DNA of 64,000 nucleotides from an uncultured Clostridium sp. (GCA_947648765.1 CANSOY010000002.1:7364-71363), one strand, 5' to 3'; positions 38,607 to 47,303 are shown, counted from the stretch's first letter. Notes: generated by a model from the sequence alone, not told the origin. Numbers and translations: made by a program.

Positions 38607-40526
38607 CTATCTGGCAAAAGTATCCATTTCCTCTTGTACTTTTTTTGCAAATTCTTCAACTGACATTTTTCCCATTTCGCCATCTTTTCTAGAACGTACG
38701 CTAACTGCATTTTCAGCAATTTCTTTGTCGCCAATCGCAAGCATATATGGGATTTTTTGAAGTTGTGCTTCACGAATTTTGTAACCAATTTTTTCTTGTC
38801 GGTCATCGACTTCCACACGGAAGCCTTTGTTCCCTAATTCTTCTGCTATTTTTCTAGCATATTCTTTTTGGCTATCTGAAATTGGTAACACTTTGACTTG
38901 AACAGGTGCAAGCCATACTGGGAAAGCTCCTGCAAAGTGTTCCGTAATAATGCCGATAAATCTTTCAAACGAACCAAATAAAGCTCGGTGGATTAGGATT
39001 GGTGTTTTCTTATCTCCGTTGGAGTCAATATACGATAGATTAAAGCGAAGTGGTAATTGGAAATCTACTTGTACCGTTCCCATTTGCCATTCTCTGCCTA
39101 AGCAGTCCTTCATTTTAATATCAATTTTTGGTCCATAGAAGGCACCATCTCCCTCGTTGATGCGGTATTGGTCTTTTCCACATAACTCGTCTAACACATC
39201 TCGTAAGTTTGCTTCTGCCTTATTCCATAACGCAATATCTCCCATATAGTCGTCTGGTCTGGTAGATAGCGTTAGTTCAAAATCTAATCCAAAGATACCA
39301 TATAGATATTTTGCAATCTCAATAATATCCTTAATTTCCGAACCAATTTGTTCTTCGGTAATAAAGTTATGGGCATCATCTTGACGGAACATACGAACGC
39401 GGAAAAGTCCATTTAATTGACCAGATTTTTCATTACGATGGATGACATCAATATCATTAAAACGAAGTGGCAATTCCTTGTAACTACGTAATTTAGAAGC
39501 AAATATCTTAATGGCATTGGGACAGTTCATTGGTTTTAAGGCTTGCTCTTTTCCATCGGAGTCCGTTAAAACAAACATATCTTCTTTATAGTGGTCCCAA
39601 TGTCCAGATGTTTTCCATAATTCACTGCTATTTAATTGTGGACCTGAAAACTCTAAATATCCTCTTTTTTCGTGTTCTCTTCTCCATAGTTCAATCAAAA
39701 TGTTCATCATTTTGAAGCCTTTTGGCATCCAATATGCCATTCCTGGAGCCGTTTCATCAAAGAAAAAGAGTTCTAGTTCTTTTCCTAATTTACGGTGATC
39801 TCTTTTCTTGGCTTCTTCAATCATGTTTAGATATTCTTCGAGTTCACTTGCTTTTGGGAAGGAAATGCCATAAATTCTTTGTAGCATTTTGTTGTGTTCA
39901 TCCCCTCTCCAGTAAGCACCAGAAGAAGTTAAGATTTTAATGCTTTTTACTTTTCCTGTACTTTGTAAATGAGGTCCTGCACAAAGGTCTGTGAAATCTC
40001 CTTGACGGTAGAAAGAAATTTCTTCTCCTTCTGGCAAGTCTTCGATTAACTCAACTTTGTATGGCTCGCCTTTTTCTTGCATGAATTGAATGGCTTCTTC
40101 TCTTGGTAAAACAAAGCGTTCAATCGCAAGATCTTCCTTAATAATCTTTTTCATTTCTTCTTCAATTTTTGCCTTGTCTTCGTCTGTGAATGGTACTTCT
40201 ACATCAAAGTCATAATAGAAACCATTGTCAATGGATGGTCCAATGGCAAGGTTTGCACTTGGTACAACACGTTTTACTGCCTGCGCCATAATATGGGAAG
40301 TCGTATGCCAATAGGCTTTCTTTCCTTCTAGGTCATTTTCAAAAGTTAAGATTTCTACTTTGCAATCTTGGTTTAGTACATAGCGTAAGTCCACTACTTT
40401 TCCATCTACTCTTCCCGCTGTTGCCATTCTTGCTAATCCTTCACTAATTTGTTTGGCTAGTTCAAGAACAGAAATTCCTTCTGAGACTTCTAGTCTTTTG
40501 CCGTCTTTTAATTCTACTTTTATCAT
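38607..40526 (-). CDS. thrS: Threonine--tRNA ligase
   Basis: TGS domain N-terminus, class II core motifs, and a C-terminal anticodon-binding domain. Start at MIKVELKDG with an AAGGAGGAA ribosome-binding site. Confidence 0.9.
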   Translation of the reverse strand: MIKVELKDGKRLEVSEGISVLELAKQISEGLARMATAGRVDGKVVDLRYVLNQDCKVEILTFENDLEGKKAYWHTTSHIMAQAVKRVVPSANLAIGPSIDNGFYYDFDVEVPFTDEDKAKIEEEMKKIIKEDLAIERFVLPREEAIQFMQEKGEPYKVELIEDLPEGEEISFYRQGDFTDLCAGPHLQSTGKVKSIKILTSSGAYWRGDEHNKMLQRIYGISFPKASELEEYLNMIEEAKKRDHRKLGKELELFFFDETAPGMAYWMPKGFKMMNILIELWRREHEKRGYLEFSGPQLNSSELWKTSGHWDHYKEDMFVLTDSDGKEQALKPMNCPNAIKIFASKLRSYKELPLRFNDIDVIHRNEKSGQLNGLFRVRMFRQDDAHNFITEEQIGSEIKDIIEIAKYLYGIFGLDFELTLSTRPDDYMGDIALWNKAEANLRDVLDELCGKDQYRINEGDGAFYGPKIDIKMKDCLGREWQMGTVQVDFQLPLRFNLSYIDSNGDKKTPILIHRALFGSFERFIGIITEHFAGAFPVWLAPVQVKVLPISDSQKEYARKIAEELGNKGFRVEVDDRQEKIGYKIREAQLQKIPYMLAIGDKEIAENAVSVRSRKDGEMGKMSVEEFAKKVQEEMDTFAR

Positions 40527-40554
40527 AAAAGTTCCTCCTTTTTCCCTTAGAAGG

Positions 40555-40795
40555 CACAAAAAAGCACCCCTAAGTATTTTTTACCTAGGGGTGCATAATA
40601 TCTACACGGTTCCACCCTAATTTTTCGCTTCATTGATTGCTTAACGCGCAATAGTCGTCTAGTTTTTGCTAGAAACAATGAGGTAGTTTTTCAAACCCGT
40701 TTTCTGAAATTCGTTTTCAGCTGGTAGCGAATTCTCTCTGGCAGTAACCTTGATTTTACTTTGTCTCATTTTTGTTTTTATCTATTTACGATGCT
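40555..40795 (-). promoter_or_regulatory. T-box leader (tRNA-Thr sensing) upstream of thrS
   Basis: Conserved T-box AATTAGGGTGGAACCGTG on the minus strand. A terminator hairpin GCACCCCTA...TAGGGGTGC + T6 sits just before the start. An AGAGA element is present, and ACC lies in the candidate specifier region. Confidence 0.7.
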
Positions 40796-40798
40796 TCT

Positions 40799-40827
40799 AG
40801 TATACTCTCATTTTTTATTTTTGTCAA
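40799..40827 (-). promoter_or_regulatory. thrS leader promoter: TTGACA, 17-nt spacer, TATACT
   Basis: Consensus hexamers read on the minus strand. Confidence 0.45.
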
Positions 40828-40843
40828 GATTTGGATTTTCATC

Positions 40844-40872
40844 TTGACTTCTTCCATATTTTGGAATATAGT
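40844..40872 (+). promoter_or_regulatory. Divergent promoter: TTGACT, 17-nt spacer, TATAGT
   Basis: Near-consensus sigma-A promoter ~80 nt upstream of the 33-aa ORF. Confidence 0.5.
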
Positions 40873-40955
40873 ATTCATTAGGAAATGAACGAAAAGCAGC
40901 TGTGTGTTGCCACTTTACTTACGATTGCTTGCAATCAGAAAGTGAGGTGGTGTTT

Positions 40956-41057
40956 ATGGATTTTTTTATCTCTTTATTTTACATATTAGGGATTTCCCTA
41001 GTCATAAACGTAACCTTGTTTACCATTTTACTTGTAATCTGGTCCAATAAGGAATAA
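40956..41057 (+). CDS. 33-aa hydrophobic peptide, Fst/Ldr-like type I toxin candidate
   Basis: MDFFISLFYILGISLVINVTLFTILLVIWSNKE. GAGGTGG ribosome-binding site 6 nt upstream. A single TM with a charged C-terminus. The N-terminus resembles Fst (MKDLMSLVIAPIFVGLV). Confidence 0.5.
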   Translation: MDFFISLFYILGISLVINVTLFTILLVIWSNKE

Positions 41058-41146
41058 AACAACAACACTACATTTTGCTTTGGAACGGCTATGTAGTGTT
41101 GTTTACTCTATAAAGTGGCAACATACATTTCTGTATGTTCATTTCC
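41050..41146 (-). ncRNA. Candidate cis-encoded antitoxin sRNA (convergent, 3'-overlapping the peptide mRNA)
   Basis: Consensus promoter immediately upstream, a 5' hairpin (AACATAC-...-GTATGTT), and the shared terminator. No ORF with a ribosome-binding site. Confidence 0.35.
41057..41107. terminator. Bidirectional terminator AACAACACTACAT-(17 nt)-ATGTAGTGTTGTT
   Basis: 13-bp perfect stem. On the minus-strand transcript it is followed by a U-tract (GUUUUAUU); the T-run on the plus side is weaker. Confidence 0.55.
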
Positions 41147-41153
41147 TATTTCT

Positions 41154-41182
41154 ATTATATCCACTTTTCCTATTTTTGTCAA
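41154..41182 (-). promoter_or_regulatory. Perfect consensus promoter: TTGACA, 17-nt spacer, TATAAT
   Basis: Read on the minus strand; drives transcription toward the shared terminator. Confidence 0.5.
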
Positions 41183-41193
41183 TTATTCTTTTT

Positions 41194-41367
41194 TTATAAA
41201 CATTTTTCTATTTCGGAAAAAGCCTCATCTATTGAGTATACATTACCTCTTTTTACATCTTGTATGCCCTCTTCTACTTTGCTGATAAAATCTTCTTCGT
41301 TTTCGATTACAAGTTCCTTTGGCAATGTTTCAATCACATTATATAATTTTTGTTTTTGTGTAGACAT
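41194..41367 (-). CDS. Small antitoxin-like protein (57 aa), paralogous to the one at 4904-5083
   Basis: MSTQKQKLYNVIETLPKELV...EEGIQDVKRGNVYSIDEAFSEIEKCL with a GTGGAG ribosome-binding site. It shares the G-x-Q-D-V-x-x-G-N...(D/E)E tail with the 4904-5083 ORF. Confidence 0.45.
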   Translation of the reverse strand: MSTQKQKLYNVIETLPKELVIENEEDFISKVEEGIQDVKRGNVYSIDEAFSEIEKCL

Positions 41368-41425
41368 ATTCTAACTCCACTATTTTTATCTTCTATTACA
41401 TACTTATTCCAAATTTTTCTTTTAT

Positions 41426-42871
41426 CTAAATTCTTTCTGCTAAAATTCTTGCCATTTGTACACCAGAGCAAGATGCCATCATAAGCCCTCTTGTCATACC
41501 ACCACCATCTCCAATCGAATACAATCCTTTAATATTGGTTTCAAAGTTATTATCGATTAAAATTTGGTTACTGTAAAATTTAATTTCTGGTCCATAGAGT
41601 AGATTTTCTGGATTAGCAAACCCTTCTATTACCTTATCCATTGCACGGATAAATTCTAAAATATCTGTCATGGTTCGATAGCCAAGTGCAAAGGTAATAT
41701 CTCCTGCTACTGCGGATTTTAAGGTTGGTACTACCGCATTGTTTTGCAATTCCTCTTCCCATGTACGCTTTCCACGGTAGATATCTCCTAGTCTTTGTAC
41801 AACAATGTTTCCTGCTCCTAACTCATTTAAGTTCTTGGCTACATTTCTTCCATATTCGATTGGTTTATCAAAAGGATATTGGAATTTGTGGGAAACAAGT
41901 AAGGCAAGGTTTGTATTTGTACTCTTCTTTTCTTTGTACGAGTGTCCATTTACCAAAGTAATGTTATGGTCATATACTTCGGTCGAAACAAACCCACTTG
42001 GGTTTTGGCAAAAGGTTCGTACTTTATCTCGGAAAGGTCCAACTCTACCAATGAATTTTCCTTCATACATGGTCTCGTTAATTTTGTGCATAATTTTGTC
42101 CGGTAGTTCATAGCGAACCCCTATATCTACTACTCCCGTGGTTGTTTTTACTTGGTGTTTATCACACATCTTGACAAGCCAATTGGCTCCTTTTCTCCCC
42201 ACTGCTACTACTACATGGTCTGCCTCAATGGTTTCGACGTCTGTATATTCCTCATTTTCCGCTTCTTTTGCTGGCTTTACCGTTACGCCTTGGATTTTCT
42301 CATTTTTAATAATTAAATCATCTACTACCGTATCAAAACGAATTTGTACCCCGTTTTCCAATAGATACTCTTCTAATTTTCGATACAATTCATGGCTTTT
42401 TTCTGTCCCTAAATGGCGAATTGGGATATTGATTAAAGTAATCCCTTCTTTTTTTGCTTTATGTCCTATCTTGGCTACTTCTTCTTGATGTTCCGTTCCT
42501 TCCAAATGCGTATCTGCTCCAAATTTCAAATATACTTGGTCCGTATAATCAATCAATCTTTTGGTGTTTTCTACGCCAATATATTCTTGCAAATAGCCTC
42601 CTACATAGATATCCTCGTCTTCGTCGTTATACAAAGATAATTTTCCATCGGAAAAGGCTCCTGCTCCAGAAAAACCACAAGTAATATTGCAAAGTGGTTT
42701 ACATTTCACGCATTTACCGCCTTTTTCAATTGGGCAGCTTCTCTTTTCAACACGTCTTCCTTGCTCGAGTAAGAGAATATTTTTGTGCTTTCCTTTTTGG
42801 ACTAATTCATAGGCTAAAAAGATACCACTTGGTCCTGCTCCAATAATAATTGCATCATACTTTTGTCCCAT
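41426..42871 (-). CDS. FAD-dependent oxidoreductase (COG2509-like)
   Basis: IIGAGPSG dinucleotide-binding motif. Start at MGQKYD with a GGAGTG ribosome-binding site. Confidence 0.75.
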   Translation of the reverse strand: MGQKYDAIIIGAGPSGIFLAYELVQKGKHKNILLLEQGRRVEKRSCPIEKGGKCVKCKPLCNITCGFSGAGAFSDGKLSLYNDEDEDIYVGGYLQEYIGVENTKRLIDYTDQVYLKFGADTHLEGTEHQEEVAKIGHKAKKEGITLINIPIRHLGTEKSHELYRKLEEYLLENGVQIRFDTVVDDLIIKNEKIQGVTVKPAKEAENEEYTDVETIEADHVVVAVGRKGANWLVKMCDKHQVKTTTGVVDIGVRYELPDKIMHKINETMYEGKFIGRVGPFRDKVRTFCQNPSGFVSTEVYDHNITLVNGHSYKEKKSTNTNLALLVSHKFQYPFDKPIEYGRNVAKNLNELGAGNIVVQRLGDIYRGKRTWEEELQNNAVVPTLKSAVAGDITFALGYRTMTDILEFIRAMDKVIEGFANPENLLYGPEIKFYSNQILIDNNFETNIKGLYSIGDGGGMTRGLMMASCSGVQMARILAERI

Positions 42872-42894
42872 GCCATCACACTCCATTCTAATTT

Positions 42895-44130
42895 TTATTC
42901 AAAATCTTTGTTATAGTATTTGGTACCCACCATTTTATCAGGCAGATATTGTTGTTCTACTTTGTGCCCTGGATAATCATGTGGATATTTATATCCAATA
43001 CCATAGCCTTGGTCTTTCATGCCCTCTGCTGGTGCATTGCGAATGTGCATTGGGATTTCTCCTGTATCTTTCTCCGCTACATCGGCTAAGGCTGCATCAA
43101 TCGCTAAATAGGTCGCAGTGGATTTTGGTGATGTTGCCACATAGGTTGCTGCTTCAGATAAAATAATTCTTGCCTCTGGCATACCAATCATATTAACGGC
43201 TTGCATAGCAGCAGTTGCTACCACAAGTGCATTTGGATTTGCCATTCCAACATCTTCGGACGCACAAATGACAATTCTTCTGGCTAAGAAAACAGGGTCC
43301 TCTCCTCCGTTAATGGCTCTTGCTAAATAGAAAATAGCAGCATCTGGGTCGCTTCCTCGCATGGATTTAATAAATGCACTAATATTATCATAATGGCTAT
43401 CTCCAGATTTATCAAATAGTGCTTTCCTACTTTGCACACTATCTGCTGCAATTTGGTCCGTTATTTCAATAAATCCTTCCCCATTTACTTTCGTCGTCAA
43501 AACCGCTACTTCCAATCCATTTAAGGCGGTTCGTACATCCCCATTGGCAATTTCTGCAATCGTGTGTAAGGTATCGTCTGCAATTTTAATATTATACGAA
43601 CCAAGTCCTTCTGGACTAGTTAAGGATTTCTTTAGAACTTCATAAATATTTTCTGTCGTGAGTGGATTTAGTTTGAATACCATCGAACGAGAAATTAAAG
43701 CCTTATTGACCTCAAAATATGGATTTTCGGTTGTGGCTCCAATTAAGATAACAGTTCCATTTTCTACAAATGGCAATAACGCATCTTGTTGCAATTTGTT
43801 AAAACGGTGTATCTCGTCAATGAATAGAATACATTTTCCAGATGGATTTAAGAGTAGGTTTCCTGCTTCTTCAACCGCTCTTTTTATCTCTGCCACACCA
43901 GAACTAACGGCGTTGATAACTACAAATTTATATTTGGTCGTTTGACTAATGACACGGGCAAGAGATGTTTTCCCACAGCCAGGAGGCCCCCATAAAATAA
44001 TGCTAGATAATCGGTCTGCCTGAATGGTACGATATAAGATTTTGTCTTTTCCTAAAATATGCTCTTGCCCTACATAATCTTCTAAAGTCTTTGGTCTCAT
44101 ACGATAAGCAAGTGGCTGGTTTGCGTTCAT
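42895..44130 (-). CDS. rarA: Replication-associated recombination protein A (MgsA/RarA)
   Basis: LILWGPPGCGKTSLA Walker A and RarA-specific N-terminus (AYRMRPKTLEDYVGQEH). Confidence 0.85.
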   Translation of the reverse strand: MNANQPLAYRMRPKTLEDYVGQEHILGKDKILYRTIQADRLSSIILWGPPGCGKTSLARVISQTTKYKFVVINAVSSGVAEIKRAVEEAGNLLLNPSGKCILFIDEIHRFNKLQQDALLPFVENGTVILIGATTENPYFEVNKALISRSMVFKLNPLTTENIYEVLKKSLTSPEGLGSYNIKIADDTLHTIAEIANGDVRTALNGLEVAVLTTKVNGEGFIEITDQIAADSVQSRKALFDKSGDSHYDNISAFIKSMRGSDPDAAIFYLARAINGGEDPVFLARRIVICASEDVGMANPNALVVATAAMQAVNMIGMPEARIILSEAATYVATSPKSTATYLAIDAALADVAEKDTGEIPMHIRNAPAEGMKDQGYGIGYKYPHDYPGHKVEQQYLPDKMVGTKYYNKDFE

Positions 44131-44139
44131 ATTCTTCTC

Positions 44140-44742
44140 CTATCTTGCTAAATTTTTCAGTGCTGCTTTAATCATTTCTTCCACACCAAGTCTGCTTGTA
44201 TCCATTTTTTCAAAAGCCTGCTCACATTCTCTTCTGGTATAGCCCAATACTTGCAAAGCAGACATTGCTTCTGCTACTTCATCATTTCCTTGTACCAAAC
44301 TTGCTGTCATCATTTCTTCCCCTTTGGAAATGGCTTCTTCTGTTTTTAATTTATCTTGCAATTCTAAGATAATACGTTGTGCAGATTTTGCTCCTACGCC
44401 TGGTAGTTTCTTGAGTTTGGCTAAGTCATTACTAATAACAGCTAAGGCAAAACTAGATGGTGTAATAGCAGATAAAATAGAAATGGCAGATTTTGCACCA
44501 ATTCCACTAACCGATAGCAATAATTCAAACATACGAAGTTCCTCATTGGTACAAAAACCATAAAGGCTGACATCGTCTTCTCGAACTCGCATATAGGTAA
44601 ATACCTTTACCATTTTTCCCATTTCGCCCAAACGCTCCATACTTGGGCTAGACATGAATACTTTGTATCCAATTCCGCCTGTTTCTAATATCACATATTC
44701 GCCTGTTTTGGCTTCTAAACTTCCTTTAATATATCCAATCAT
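44140..44742 (-). CDS. ruvA: Holliday junction DNA helicase RuvA
   Basis: MIGYIKG...GIGYKV N-terminus and HhH motifs. Confidence 0.85.
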   Translation of the reverse strand: MIGYIKGSLEAKTGEYVILETGGIGYKVFMSSPSMERLGEMGKMVKVFTYMRVREDDVSLYGFCTNEELRMFELLLSVSGIGAKSAISILSAITPSSFALAVISNDLAKLKKLPGVGAKSAQRIILELQDKLKTEEAISKGEEMMTASLVQGNDEVAEAMSALQVLGYTRRECEQAFEKMDTSRLGVEEMIKAALKNLAR

Positions 44743-44873
44743 TTTTCTCTCTCCTTCGTTTCCTTTTGTATTGTATCACATATTTTTCTTTTTGCAAGAG
44801 TTTTACAAAATTTTGTTTGCTTTTCTTTTTGTTTTGTAATGGATATAATAAGGGAAAGAAAAGAGGAGAAAAT

Positions 44874-45581
44874 ATGGAAAATTGGTTACAACGAACACAA
44901 ATTTTAATTGGAAAAGAGAATTTGCAAAAACTACAGGATAGTACCGTAATGGTATTTGGTTGTGGTGGTGTTGGCTCTTATGTCGTAGAAGGTTTAGTCC
45001 GTAGTGGAATTGGTCATCTTGTTCTATTTGACGCAGATACCATTAGCGAAACGAATTTGAACCGCCAACTCATGGCAACCACTGAAACCATTGGTGAAAG
45101 CAAAGTAGAGGTATTAAAAAAACGTGCTCTTTCTATCAATCCGATGATACAAATTGACACTTTTTCTGTCTTCATTTCGGAAGAAAATATTGCTTCTTAT
45201 GTTGAACCATTTTCCAATGTTTCCTATCTAGTGGATGCAGTTGATACCGTTCGTGCTAAACTTGGTATCATTCAATATGCCAAAGCCCATGATATCCCTG
45301 TCATTTCCAGTATGGGAACTGGGAATAAACTAGATCCGACTCGTTTTGAAATAGCGGATATTGAAAAAACGAGTGTATGCCCTTTAGCAAAAGTAATGCG
45401 CAAAGAGCTTCGTGCTCGTCATATTACAAAAGTAAAAGTGCTCTATTCCAAAGAAGAACCACAGCAAATAGAGCCTGATGATGTCCATACAACAGCTAGC
45501 ATTTCCTTTGTTCCATCGGTTGCCGGCCTGATTATTTCTGGAGAAGTCATCAAAGACATCTGCGGACTTGGTAAAATGTAA
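44874..45581 (+). CDS. tcdA: tRNA threonylcarbamoyladenosine dehydratase (ThiF/MoeB family)
   Basis: VFGCGGVGS Rossmann motif. Start at MENWLQ after AGAGGAGAAAAT. Confidence 0.75.
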   Translation: MENWLQRTQILIGKENLQKLQDSTVMVFGCGGVGSYVVEGLVRSGIGHLVLFDADTISETNLNRQLMATTETIGESKVEVLKKRALSINPMIQIDTFSVFISEENIASYVEPFSNVSYLVDAVDTVRAKLGIIQYAKAHDIPVISSMGTGNKLDPTRFEIADIEKTSVCPLAKVMRKELRARHITKVKVLYSKEEPQQIEPDDVHTTASISFVPSVAGLIISGEVIKDICGLGKM

Positions 45582-45678
45582 CAGAATTGTCATACTCTTT
45601 TCATACATTTGTTATATTTTGTCATTTTTTCTATTGTATAATAGTAGCAAAGGAAATTACAAAGGAGAAAAGTGCGTT

Positions 45679-46770
45679 ATGAGCATTGAGTCAGACTTAA
45701 GAAAAGAGGGAATTGAAGTAATCGCTCCCGTTCCAACCTTAACCATCAATTCTTTGGCAAAGTCAGTTTCAGAAAAATTATGTGCTGCTTTCCCAGAGCT
45801 TAATTTAGATGGGCAAGATTTATTTATTGAATTATCTCGTTTGTCCATGTTTACTGCTTCTATGCCAGAAGGAGTTGCTGAAGCAAACTATTTTTACAAA
45901 AACTCTTCTGTGTATTTACGTGAAGGCGTGAATTTGTCTTGTGTGCAACCAACGGTTGTTCATGAGTTAATCCATCATTTGCAAGCACTACGAGATAAAG
46001 ATGGCGAACTCATTCGTCTTGGTTTTTGTGAATTTGGCGAATTTAAGACTTATGGTATGGGATTAAATGAAGGTGCTGTACAGTTAATGGCTTCTCATTG
46101 CTTGAAAGAACAGTCAGACATTGTAAAATATTATGACCTATCTTTCCCGACAACCAGCCAGACCTATTACCCACTACTTTGTAATTTAGTCGCTCAAATG
46201 GCATATATTACAGGAACCGAGTATTTATATAAAAGTGCATTTTTCAGTACAGATGATTTCAAAAATCGCTTTTCTGAACTTTGTGGAGAAAAAGCATATT
46301 ACCGCATTGTACGAAACTTAGACACTGTCTTCTATACCGAAGAAAAAATTGTACAGTTGAAAAATCAATTTTTGACGGAAAAATCTAGTCAAAAGACACA
46401 AAAAATTGCTACTCGAATTGATGAACTAAGAAAGAAAATGAAGGAAATCTTTTTGCAAACACAAAACTTCATTTTCACATCTTATTTTAATACAGAATTT
46501 AAGAAATTAAATACCACAGAAGATATTGAAGTTTATCGTACCCAATTATATAACTACCAAAACTATATTGCGATTGCAGAAGGTTACACCACATTCCATG
46601 TTTACTATATTAACCAAATGGCTAACTTAGAGGCAAAACATGAAAGTATCTTGAACAATACCTCACTTGTTTTGGTACAACCAAATAAACTAATCCGACT
46701 TCTTCAAGCAATTCGCAAACTTTGGACCAAGCAAACCAGTAGTACAGTTGAGTTAGATAATTGGAAATAG
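45679..46770 (+). CDS. Hypothetical protein with HExxH motif (putative metallopeptidase-like)
   Basis: VVHELIHHL motif. AAAGGAG ribosome-binding site before MSIESDL. Confidence 0.55.
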   Translation: MSIESDLRKEGIEVIAPVPTLTINSLAKSVSEKLCAAFPELNLDGQDLFIELSRLSMFTASMPEGVAEANYFYKNSSVYLREGVNLSCVQPTVVHELIHHLQALRDKDGELIRLGFCEFGEFKTYGMGLNEGAVQLMASHCLKEQSDIVKYYDLSFPTTSQTYYPLLCNLVAQMAYITGTEYLYKSAFFSTDDFKNRFSELCGEKAYYRIVRNLDTVFYTEEKIVQLKNQFLTEKSSQKTQKIATRIDELRKKMKEIFLQTQNFIFTSYFNTEFKKLNTTEDIEVYRTQLYNYQNYIAIAEGYTTFHVYYINQMANLEAKHESILNNTSLVLVQPNKLIRLLQAIRKLWTKQTSSTVELDNWK

Positions 46771-46792
46771 GAGAAACAACAAAATAGATAAG

Positions 46793-46825
46793 ATAACAAC
46801 CATTCAAAAAAGAATGGTTGTTTTT
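46793..46825 (+). terminator. Terminator ACAACCATTC-aaaaaa-GAATGGTTGT + T-run
   Basis: 10-bp stem followed by TTTTTCTTCC. Confidence 0.5.
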
Positions 46826-46876
46826 CTTCCATTTTGTCGCATTTTGTCTTTCTTACTTTTTTTACCAGTTTTTCTT

Positions 46877-46911
46877 GTCTTCGTTTCCATTTTATGGTAT
46901 ATTCTGTCTGG
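46877..46911 (+). promoter_or_regulatory. Putative promoter: TTGTCT, 17-nt spacer, TGgTATATT
   Basis: Read from sequence ~130 nt upstream of the small membrane ORF. Confidence 0.35.
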
Positions 46912-46926
46912 GTTATTTTTACTCCT

Positions 46927-46998
46927 CTTATTGGTAGGTGTATTCATCAGCAGTTGCTCTGCTGGTGAACAGTAACAACTGTTGATAAACTGCACCTA
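46927..46998 (+). promoter_or_regulatory. Structured 5' leader: outer stem GGTAGGTG/CACCTAC enclosing two hairpins (CAGCAG/CTGCTG and AACAGT/ACTGTT)
   Basis: Nested inverted repeats visible directly in the sequence; no known riboswitch class assigned. Confidence 0.25.
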
Positions 46999-47039
46999 CT
47001 ATCCGCAGTTTAACTCGTACTAAAGAGGAGGTGATTGGA

Positions 47040-47207
47040 ATGTCAACTGAGTTTATTGCTGTTCTATTTCTTGCTATTGTTTCAATTATTTTAGCATCCG
47101 GAATTATCTTATATTGTCTTGCCCACTTTGGGTATAATACATATCTGAAATTCCAAGACGGACAAAAAAAGATTGAAGTTCACGCCAAGAACTCCAACCA
47201 CAAATAA
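47040..47207 (+). CDS. Small membrane protein (55 aa)
   Basis: Unlisted ORF MSTEFIAVLFLAIVSIILASGIILYCLAHFGYNTYLKFQDGQKKIEVHAKNSNHK with a strong ribosome-binding site AAAGAGGAGGTGA. Confidence 0.45.
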   Translation: MSTEFIAVLFLAIVSIILASGIILYCLAHFGYNTYLKFQDGQKKIEVHAKNSNHK

Positions 47208-47212
47208 CCATT

Positions 47213-47250
47213 AAGGGATGAGGTCTTTTCCTCGCCCCTTTTATATTTCT
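47213..47250. terminator. Imperfect bidirectional hairpin GGGATGAGG-...-CCTCGCCCC + T-run
   Basis: Sits between convergent genes. Confidence 0.35.
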
Positions 47251-47303
47251 ATTTTACCATCTCTTTTTTTCTTTGTCAAACACTTTTCCATTTTTTGTAT
47301 GTC

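Noticed and set aside
38573-38818. 81-aa minus-strand ORF overlapping the 3' end of thrS
   Set aside because: Alternative frame within thrS; K-rich with no ribosome-binding site.
40883-40990. Alternative 35-aa ORF starting at the AGGAAATG of the shared 5' module
   Set aside because: Only 2 nt separate GGA from the ATG, which is too short for a Shine-Dalgarno spacing. The downstream 33-aa ORF has a proper ribosome-binding site.
46804-46995. 63-aa minus-strand ORF in the spacer upstream of the small membrane protein
   Set aside because: Basic low-complexity product and no ribosome-binding site. The region is better explained as a promoter plus structured leader on the plus strand.
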